In this document: positions 1 to 7,003 of the stretch, piece by piece
How the letters are laid out: the number at the start of each line of letters is the position of its first letter
Position numbering within the stretch: the stretch's first letter is position 1
Source: a virus
Taxonomy: Duplodnaviria; Caudoviricetes
IMG/VR virus record: IMGVR_UViG_3300032087_000093
Span: 1 to 53,956 of that record
DNA: 53,956 bases
Strand: one strand, 5' to 3'
Program-made: the position numbers and the translations under genes
The notes under the pieces: generated by a model
Databases searched by the model: none
The model's input: the letters and a program-made list of their open reading frames with translations, nothing else
Told to the model about the DNA's origin: nothing

Positions 1-859
1 TGCGACCAAAAACGTGCAGACCACGAATAACGTCAGAGAACGACTCAGTTGAACGAACCACTTCGGTCTTAGCAATGTGCGAAGCAGTGGATGTGGACGA
101 CATGTGACCTGCGAGAATAACATTCTCAGAGGCATCAGTTGCCACACCAGACAGAGTTACCTGATCGGTGCCTGCTGTCGAATTAAGCGCAGTTGACTTG
201 TAACAGCGGAAACCAGCAAGGGTGCCCGGAATTGCAAGACCGTTACGCAGTGGTGAAGTTGCATCGCCGGTTACCTGTACTTCAGCCATCTTATTACCGG
301 CTTGGAACATCTTCTCGTAGAAGATCGGCGGTGCTACGAACCAGCGATTCTCTTCCGGCACGGACTGATCGTCGAGCGTACGTGCCATCAGCAGCATCAG
401 GTTGATGCCTGCATCGTCGGTTTCTACGTTGATTGGAGCAGATGCCGTACCCAGAGCAGAGTTGGTAGTGGTCAACCCGCCAGAGAGTGAGGCATCGTCA
501 GCACCTGCGATACCTGCGCCATCGGAGATAGCCTGCAGGACGTTCGCGTCGTACTTACGCTTCAAGGCAAATGCACCAGATGAGGTAGCAAGTGCTTCGA
601 AGTTTACGTGCGAGTGCCGCTCTTCGATGTCGTCGATCTTAAACGCAAAAGCGTTTGCATTATCGACAACCATCGTGATTTGATCGTCAGCCAAGTCTTG
701 TGGATTCACAACGGAGCCGCGTGAATATGACGAGACAGTGACTGTTGGTTCTTTGATGATGCGAACCGTGTCGCCAAAGTTTTCAATTTCGCCCGCGTAG
801 TCGGTATTTGTAATGTCTTCTACAACCGAAGCACGACGGAAGAACTTGAGAACCTTTTG
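1..859. repeat. terminal direct repeat copy A (pairs with 53098-53956)
   Basis: Colinear without indels at offset 53097; about 74 substitutions counted by eye. Confidence 0.95.
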
Positions 860-928
860 GCTGAAAATTTCCGGTGCGAAGTTACCGGAAGGCAGGTTAT
901 TATAACCTGAAGCACTATTGAATGCCAT
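1..928 (-). CDS. major capsid protein, allele A (3' end cut by the window edge; continues at 53097-53048 on circularisation, 325 aa in total)
   Basis: Manual translation from ATG 928: MAFNSASGYNNLPSGNFAPEIFSQKVLKFFRRASVVEDITNTDYAGEIENFGDTVRIIKEP; RBS GGAAGGA; follows the scaffold gene; missing from the ORF track because no stop lies in the window. Confidence 0.93.
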   Translation of the reverse strand, partial: MAFNSASGYNNLPSGNFAPEIFSQKVLKFFRRASVVEDITNTDYAGEIENFGDTVRIIKEPTVTVSSYSRGSVVNPQDLADDQITMVVDNANAFAFKIDDIEERHSHVNFEALATSSGAFALKRKYDANVLQAISDGAGIAGADDASLSGGLTTTNSALGTASAPINVETDDAGINLMLLMARTLDDQSVPEENRWFVAPPIFYEKMFQAGNKMAEVQVTGDATSPLRNGLAIPGTLAGFRCYKSTALNSTAGTDQVTLSGVATDASENVILAGHMSSTSTASHIAKTEVVRSTESFSDVIRGLHVFGR

Positions 929-957
929 TGGTTCTTTCCTTCCTGTTTGAGGTTAGG

Positions 958-1821
958 TTAGTTGTTGGGGTCGATCCGTCCCTCTTGACGTGCAGCGTCG
1001 AGTTCCTCTTCGAGTCTCTCGAACTCCCACGGCTTGAGGCTGCGGATTTCAGAAGACTTCCAGATGCGCTTCTCTCCGCCCTGTTCTGCAACGATGTCCC
1101 TAGCTTTAGGGGCACGTACAGAAGTTGCAGCATCGTTTTTCGCTCTGCTAGTCTTCTTTTTTGAGATTCCTGCGTCTGCTTTGTACAGATCAAGAACTCG
1201 TGAGGCCCAACGAGCGTCGGTATTGTTTTTGTAGATACCATCCGAAATAGATTCGGGTTGCTCTTGTAGCCAAGCTAAAAACTTGTCGTCCGATTTGATC
1301 GTATCGAAGTCAGGGTGATTAGCTGTTAGTTCGCGGTAAGCAGCCTGTACTACCGTTTCCTTCTCACGCTCCTTGATAACCTTCAGTTCTTTCTGGAGTT
1401 CGTTGGTGCGTTCACTGGCTTGCATCGCTGCTACAGTTTCTACTACACCATACACATCAGGGTATTGCGCTTTGAATTCTTCCAACTCTTCAACTGTCTT
1501 CGGCATAGGCACGTTTGCCTGTTTCGTTGCCGCTTCTAGCTGTTGTCTTTCCGCCTGAAATTCTGCGAGTTTTGCATCGTAGTGCCGCTTCAAGTCATCG
1601 TATCGCTTCTTGTAGTCGTGATCCGGTTTCTCTTGCGTCGTCTCTACAAAGCTTGTAGATTCAGGTTGGTCGGTATCTTCGCTTGCTTCTACCTCCGGGG
1701 TATCGTCGTCGTCTTTGTAAACGTCCTCACGATAGTTGCCTTTGTAGAGAGTATCGCTATTGATAGTTCCGAAAGAGTCGTTCGGCTTGTTGGCTCTTGC
1801 GCCACGTACTTGTTTTGCCAT
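958..1821 (-). CDS. capsid scaffolding protein
   Basis: Acidic N-terminus, YKKRYDDLKRH coiled coil, ends with AARQEGRI; directly upstream of the capsid gene. Confidence 0.85.
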   Translation of the reverse strand: MAKQVRGARANKPNDSFGTINSDTLYKGNYREDVYKDDDDTPEVEASEDTDQPESTSFVETTQEKPDHDYKKRYDDLKRHYDAKLAEFQAERQQLEAATKQANVPMPKTVEELEEFKAQYPDVYGVVETVAAMQASERTNELQKELKVIKEREKETVVQAAYRELTANHPDFDTIKSDDKFLAWLQEQPESISDGIYKNNTDARWASRVLDLYKADAGISKKKTSRAKNDAATSVRAPKARDIVAEQGGEKRIWKSSEIRSLKPWEFERLEEELDAARQEGRIDPNN

Positions 1822-1837
1822 TTTATTACCTCTGGTT

Positions 1838-1904
1838 AGCGGGGCTACTTTGGCTTGTAGGTAGCCGCTCCGGTTGTGTCAGGGCCGCGTTGCGGGTAGC
1901 TGAC
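1838..1904 (-). promoter_or_regulatory. tandem RNA hairpins in the scaffold 5' UTR (putative cis-regulatory element)
   Basis: GUCAG-CUAC-CCGC-aac-GCGG-CC-CUGAC and AGCGG-CUAC-CUAC-aagccaaa-GUAG-CC-CCGCU; same CUAC/CC internal loop; just upstream of the GAGG RBS. Confidence 0.6.
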
Positions 1905-1909
1905 GAATT

Positions 1910-3148
1910 CTATTTATTAATGCCCAATTCTTTTTTAGCAGCGTAGTACTTTTGCATTGACGCATCATTGCCAAAGTGTTTTCGCACCAAGTCTTCTTCC
2001 GACTTGCTCATTCCTGCTTTGTATCTCATGTACAAACCAGCAAGGGTGGGGTAGTGCTTTTTATGTTCTTCTAGGGGTATATTGCCGTAACCTAATCCCC
2101 GATACTTAGCTTTTTCTTTTTCTGAGGCGTTTGTCTTTTTAGATGATCCTTCTGGACCTACGTAAATATCTCCATATTTTTTTACGTTAAGTGCGTTACG
2201 CCCTTCTGCAATTAATTTTTCGTAATATTTTTTAAGTCCCGGCTCAGTTTTAAATGCTAGGTCTAGTTCTCCAAACCTGTCAGTTTTCATAGCCTCTAGT
2301 GTTTTCTTTGTAATTTGAAGGGGGCCAAATGCAGAAGATTCTTTGCCTGTTTTATCGGACCGTGTAAAGAAATACCCTTCGTTTCGATCCTCATACCCCC
2401 TAGTTTCTACAAGAGTCAGGGCTTTTTGCACTGCTCCTATATCAATATCATTAACAGTATACGGGGGTAATCCTCCTGAATCGTACTCTTTCTGCTGTAT
2501 AAAGCCTGAGGGAGTGGGCGTTGTTACATTCAAGCCTGACTTCATTAGTTCGACTGCAGAAAGCGGCCCAGCATAACGAAGCATACCTCCGCTATTGTAT
2601 CCCCCTATAAATCCTCCCTGCGCTGCAGCCTGACGGCGTTCCACTTCGGGCTTGCCCCTGTTGTTTTCTTTTTCTAGGGCAGCGTATCCGCCAAATTTGC
2701 CGATATCGTCTACGTCGATAACGTATTCGCCCTTAGAGAGGGCTACGTCCATCATCTTGCCACCCTTTGCAGCCTTGCGTTTTTGTGGGCCTTTGGGTAG
2801 CTTGCCTTCTTTTTGTAGGCGTTCTGTGGTTGGTGCGTTGAGAACAAACGATCCTACACGGACACGGTGGTTCTCTGTGTCGGCAACTGTAGTGCCCTTT
2901 GCATAGTTCTGGGGTGGGCCGTCTACGAAGCCGGTAGACTGTATAGGGTCAACTTTGCCACCTTTGTTTTTTTTTACGATGCCGCCCTTGCGGTATTGAT
3001 CCACATCCATGCCATCGAATAATTCTTCCCCAAGAACACCCCGCACAACTCGTGCAGCAGGTGTTTCCATAAAGTCTTGCAGTACAGCGTAGTCTTTTTT
3101 GTTTAGTTTCTTTACGCGACTCAAAACTCGCTGCTGATACTTATTCAT
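1910..3148 (-). CDS. probable virion protein with C-terminal lysozyme/transglycosylase-like domain
   Basis: Start moved to ATG 3148 (ATGA overlap with the upstream stop); LTLVETRG...SAFGPLQIT motif; two GSFVLN/GEYVID motifs; several xxxGG motifs. Confidence 0.6.
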   Translation of the reverse strand: MNKYQQRVLSRVKKLNKKDYAVLQDFMETPAARVVRGVLGEELFDGMDVDQYRKGGIVKKNKGGKVDPIQSTGFVDGPPQNYAKGTTVADTENHRVRVGSFVLNAPTTERLQKEGKLPKGPQKRKAAKGGKMMDVALSKGEYVIDVDDIGKFGGYAALEKENNRGKPEVERRQAAAQGGFIGGYNSGGMLRYAGPLSAVELMKSGLNVTTPTPSGFIQQKEYDSGGLPPYTVNDIDIGAVQKALTLVETRGYEDRNEGYFFTRSDKTGKESSAFGPLQITKKTLEAMKTDRFGELDLAFKTEPGLKKYYEKLIAEGRNALNVKKYGDIYVGPEGSSKKTNASEKEKAKYRGLGYGNIPLEEHKKHYPTLAGLYMRYKAGMSKSEEDLVRKHFGNDASMQKYYAAKKELGINK

Positions 3149-4605
3149 TTCTTTAGACACAGAACAATCCTTCCCACAGCGTAGCAAACAGGCTCCCAAA
3201 ACGCTCTTTCGATACGTCCTATCGGATGACGTTTACCCTTCTTCTGCATCCAAATGTCTGCAGTGCGACGACGAGCAATCCCTTCCAATATATTACGAAC
3301 AAACTTGCGAGGCCTAGTAACGCCGCCGTATCCGTATGTTACGAGGGGCTGAAAGATAGCGTGATATCCTGCTTGATACTCAGGAGCCATGTCACGACTG
3401 TGTGCCAGCCAAATAGCTTGACGGAACGAGCCAAAACCGTAGGCTTGGTTCATGGCTGTGCAAACAATTTTGCCGCCACCGCCATCGTCGTCATCGTCGT
3501 CCGGTGAAGTGCCACCTCCCGGCGCACCTCCGGGACCACCATATGGATCGTCTGGGCCGCCTGCATAGGGTGGAGGCGAGGACGGGGGAGGTGCGCTTGA
3601 TGATGTATCGTCATCGTCGTCCGGTGAAGTGCCACCTCCCGGCGCACCTCCGGGACCACCGTAGGGATCGTCTGGGCCGCCTGCGTAGGGTGGGGGCGAA
3701 GGCGGGGGAGGAACAAAGGAGTCATCGTCCGGTTGAGACGGAGGGCTTGGGTCCATTCCCGGATCACCCGGATAAAAATCATCTGGTTGAGAGGCGGGAG
3801 GAGAAGTCGGAGGAGGAACAAAGGGATCATCTACACCGGGGCGGAAGTCTCCTGCCCCCGCATCATCCTCTGGCGGAGTAATGCCTGTATCAGGGTCTGG
3901 ATCATCATCAAAATCAGGCAGTGGGGGCTGCGGAACAGGAGTAGCAGGAGTATCTGTATCAGGGTCAAAGTCTCCCGCACCCGCATCACTCTCTGGCCCT
4001 GTAAGACCTGTGTCGGGGTCTTCATAGTCTGATCCCGGAGGAACAGCAGGATCAACAGGAGGCTGATAGTTCATGGCAAGAAGCTGATCTATAATTTGTT
4101 TTCTCTGTCCGGCAGTCAAGCCCTCTGGGAGTACGCCTGAAAGTACGTATCCACCAAAAGGTCCGGGTGATACGCCAATAATGCGATTACCCAACATTCC
4201 TACACCGTATCCAGCTTCTCCTGCTCTCATTTTATTTTGAATGTTGGTAAGATTTTTTTTAGATATCGCTGATCCCGCAGCGATAAATGGATTAAATCCC
4301 AGAGGGGATAGTCCTGCTCCCAGATACTTATCCATACCTACAAATCTGTCGCCTACGTCGGCTCCGATACCCGTTACGTCTAAGGCTCCGGTGTAGTAAG
4401 TTTCGCCGTCTTCTCCTCCCACGCTCGTGCCAGAGTAAAATGAGTCAGGACTTGTATAGTCTGGTGTGGGACGAAAACGATCACTGATGTCCATCCGTTC
4501 TTCGTCGTCAAACGGACTGGGAGCCTTCACTGTTGGCCGCGTCACACCGGGAGTCGTGCCCAGTAATGCGCCTGATGCAATATTTTTTAAAAACTGTGAA
4601 GCCAT
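3145..4605 (-). CDS. Pro/Asp/Gly-rich virion-module protein with C-terminal GGGG-KIVCT domain
   Basis: Long low-complexity linker, then GGGGKIVCTAMNQAYGFGSFRQAIW...GYHAIFQPLV; translationally coupled at both ends. Confidence 0.7.
   Translation of the reverse strand: MASQFLKNIASGALLGTTPGVTRPTVKAPSPFDDEERMDISDRFRPTPDYTSPDSFYSGTSVGGEDGETYYTGALDVTGIGADVGDRFVGMDKYLGAGLSPLGFNPFIAAGSAISKKNLTNIQNKMRAGEAGYGVGMLGNRIIGVSPGPFGGYVLSGVLPEGLTAGQRKQIIDQLLAMNYQPPVDPAVPPGSDYEDPDTGLTGPESDAGAGDFDPDTDTPATPVPQPPLPDFDDDPDPDTGITPPEDDAGAGDFRPGVDDPFVPPPTSPPASQPDDFYPGDPGMDPSPPSQPDDDSFVPPPPSPPPYAGGPDDPYGGPGGAPGGGTSPDDDDDTSSSAPPPSSPPPYAGGPDDPYGGPGGAPGGGTSPDDDDDDGGGGKIVCTAMNQAYGFGSFRQAIWLAHSRDMAPEYQAGYHAIFQPLVTYGYGGVTRPRKFVRNILEGIARRRTADIWMQKKGKRHPIGRIERAFWEPVCYAVGRIVLCLKK
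3488..3711. repeat. coding tandem repeat, 2 copies, 120-bp period
   Basis: 3488-3591 and 3608-3711 are near-identical and encode PPPYAGGPDDPYGGPGGAPGGGTSPDDDDD. Confidence 0.9.
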
Positions 4606-4832
4606 TACTCTTTTGCTCTTACTGCTGCATCATAATCAGCCTTGAGGCCCTTGATCTGTTCCAGTGAAGTTATCCTCCCCTGCAGCCGGAACACTTCCAG
4701 TTCCGATTGTGCCGCCACCAACGCCCGAAGCGTCATCTGGATTTGCTCCCGGAGGTACTCCTCCAAGCTGTCCCACGCCTCCTTGTTCGCCACCAGTGGG
4801 CTGACCTTGCTGGCTTGCTTCTTGTTGAGCAT
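4605..4832 (-). CDS. small post-portal head protein overlapping the portal 3' end
   Basis: RBS AAAGGA before ATG 4832; FRLQGRITSLEQIKGL amphipathic motif typical of small genes after podovirus portals; TAATG coupling to the next gene. Confidence 0.7.
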   Translation of the reverse strand: MLNKKQASKVSPLVANKEAWDSLEEYLREQIQMTLRALVAAQSELEVFRLQGRITSLEQIKGLKADYDAAVRAKE

Positions 4833-6756
4833 TGGCTAGTCCTTTCAACATCTCTGCAAAAATCTGTGCCTCATTCATGTCGTTTACGAGGCTGTCCGGA
4901 TCGATGTCCTGTGCTATGGCAAGTTCACGCATAAGGTTTGGAATCTTGATGAATGGTGCTAGCATTGGGTTCGATACGGTCTGCAGCAGGGTGGTAAGTC
5001 TCTGACTGCGTACTTCCTTCTGCATCACTGCAGCTACACCACGAGGCTTGATCTCTAAGTCACCCTCAATCTCCGGTGAAGAATCGTTGAACTGCATGTT
5101 CCACTGGAAGTATGCCTCACCCAGCGGCTTGAGAAGCTGGTCATCTATGTTCTTGATGACTGTCTTCAAGGACAAACTGGCCCCACCTAACAGCATAGAC
5201 AGACCTGACGCGGTGCGTCCCGTGCCAGTTACGCCTGTCTGACCGTGCATAATCGACGGCAGTCCTGTCTCTTCGTCAGCAAGCTGTCGGCTAATCTGAT
5301 ACATCTGAATATTCTCAGGTGCCGTATTTGGAAACTTGAGGCCATTGATTGCTGTGCCGGTAACGCCTGACTGTCTGCGGAATATCTTGCCGGGGAAGAT
5401 ATCCATGTTCTGTCCGGGAACCAACGATGCTTCATCAACATCGAACACAAGATTGCCAGCAAGAGCGAGGTTGTCAATTGCCATACGAACGTGGCCGTTC
5501 ATCAGCAGTTGAGCGTCTTCCATGTTTTCTGCTACGCCAACACCCCACACTTGGTATGGATTGATTTCGTATGGAAAGACTTGATAGGGTATGCGGGCTG
5601 GTGTGAAGGGATTTAGGACACAGCGAAGAATTATGGTTCCGCATGTCCAGACGTTCACCTGTACCTGTTCAAACTCACTCATGTCCGAAGGGACATCTAA
5701 GCCAGATTCTCGTGCTAGTTTGGCATCTAGGAAGCCCCAGTATTCTAGGATTTCGTAACGGCTATCCCCTACGTAGGGTTCTGTCTCTTCCTCACGAATC
5801 GTATCTTCGTAGTACTTGTCTTCGTAGTTAGGCCCTTTTGCTAGACACTCTTCAATAGCATCAGCGTAGAAGTGGGGCTGTGTTATTAGGTTACGAAGTT
5901 GTTGACGGTTCATACGGTGTCGTTGGATTACGTACTCGCAGTCGTCAATACTTGTAGCTGACGGATCAGGATGAAAATCCCACGCAGATACGTGTTCTAT
6001 GCGCGGTACAACCCGCTCGTATGGATTGTACATACGTCCCTCTGGGCCGTTCTCCCAGCGGTGTATTCGCTTGTAGTGATTAAATGGTCCCTTGACGATG
6101 CCCGTACCCAAGAGTGCGGACTCGAAGATAGCACTGCGTAGTACGTTCACTGCGCGAGTGTCGAGAAGTTGATCGTGAATCATCTTCTCCATGTTTAGTG
6201 CGGCATTTTGTGCAGGCTTAATTTGGGGTTCGCCGACAAGGGCTGGTCCCTCAGACAAAGGGGCATTTCCGTACTTGCCTGCTAGACCGCCCAAGAAGTC
6301 TCCAGATGGTGTAGCCTGTGTAGCACCAAATGGAAGTTCCCTTCCATCACCGGCAAAACCATACGGGTCTTCCTGTGGCTGCATCTGATCTAGGGGAGTG
6401 GTTAGATGCGCAAACTCCGATATACCTTCTGGTATAGGAGTCGGTTCTATGACCAGTGGAAACTTTTTGTTGGCAAAGAGGATGTCTACAATCTGTCCGT
6501 ATGCAGCAAGAACCTTAGTCTTTGTGATCTTGATAAATACCCTCGACTTCTCGCTGTCACGATACTGTGTAGTAGAATCATAGATGCCTCGAAAGTTCTT
6601 ATACGCTCTCAGCCATCGCTGTTCGTATGAAAATCTTCCGTTCTCTGCCTCGTCGAACCGTGTCTTGACGTACGCTGCCAACCCCGGCATCTGCTCTTCG
6701 GGTTCGACAAGGGGTACAGCAGTATCGTCTGCAGGTTCTAAAAAGTTATCGGACAT
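4636..6756 (-). CDS. portal protein
   Basis: 706 aa; IKITKTKVLAAYGQI, SALLGTGIVKGP, PYQVWGVGVAE and RTASGLSML motifs of P22/N4-like portals; head-module position. Confidence 0.92.
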   Translation of the reverse strand: MSDNFLEPADDTAVPLVEPEEQMPGLAAYVKTRFDEAENGRFSYEQRWLRAYKNFRGIYDSTTQYRDSEKSRVFIKITKTKVLAAYGQIVDILFANKKFPLVIEPTPIPEGISEFAHLTTPLDQMQPQEDPYGFAGDGRELPFGATQATPSGDFLGGLAGKYGNAPLSEGPALVGEPQIKPAQNAALNMEKMIHDQLLDTRAVNVLRSAIFESALLGTGIVKGPFNHYKRIHRWENGPEGRMYNPYERVVPRIEHVSAWDFHPDPSATSIDDCEYVIQRHRMNRQQLRNLITQPHFYADAIEECLAKGPNYEDKYYEDTIREEETEPYVGDSRYEILEYWGFLDAKLARESGLDVPSDMSEFEQVQVNVWTCGTIILRCVLNPFTPARIPYQVFPYEINPYQVWGVGVAENMEDAQLLMNGHVRMAIDNLALAGNLVFDVDEASLVPGQNMDIFPGKIFRRQSGVTGTAINGLKFPNTAPENIQMYQISRQLADEETGLPSIMHGQTGVTGTGRTASGLSMLLGGASLSLKTVIKNIDDQLLKPLGEAYFQWNMQFNDSSPEIEGDLEIKPRGVAAVMQKEVRSQRLTTLLQTVSNPMLAPFIKIPNLMRELAIAQDIDPDSLVNDMNEAQIFAEMLKGLANAQQEASQQGQPTGGEQGGVGQLGGVPPGANPDDASGVGGGTIGTGSVPAAGEDNFTGTDQGPQG

Positions 6757-6765
6757 GTCGCTTCC

Positions 6766-6984
6766 TTAGTAGTCGCGTTCGTCTGCCATCTTAAACAGTG
6801 AAGCCTCTACAGTTGGCTTGGTTTGCTTTTTAGGCATAGCTTCGATCATCGGTCCTGTCTGAACACGAGTATCAAATTCCAAGCTTTCACGATAGAGAGA
6901 GGATGCACCCTCGTCCTTATCGACGCTTGTCTTGTCAGCGTTCATAATGTACGCTGCACCAAAGTTGTAGTTGTTACCGGCCAT
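6766..6984 (-). CDS. hypothetical head-module protein
   Basis: GGAGG RBS; fills the gap between the recombinase-domain gene and portal. Confidence 0.7.
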   Translation of the reverse strand: MAGNNYNFGAAYIMNADKTSVDKDEGASSLYRESLEFDTRVQTGPMIEAMPKKQTKPTVEASLFKMADERDY

Positions 6985-7003
6985 TCTTGCCTCCGTTGAG
7001 TGT

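Noticed and set aside
3488-3711. 120-bp repeat as a CRISPR array
   Set aside because: Only two copies, in-frame coding, no unique spacers and no cas operon; the Cas4-like nuclease is a normal replication-module gene.
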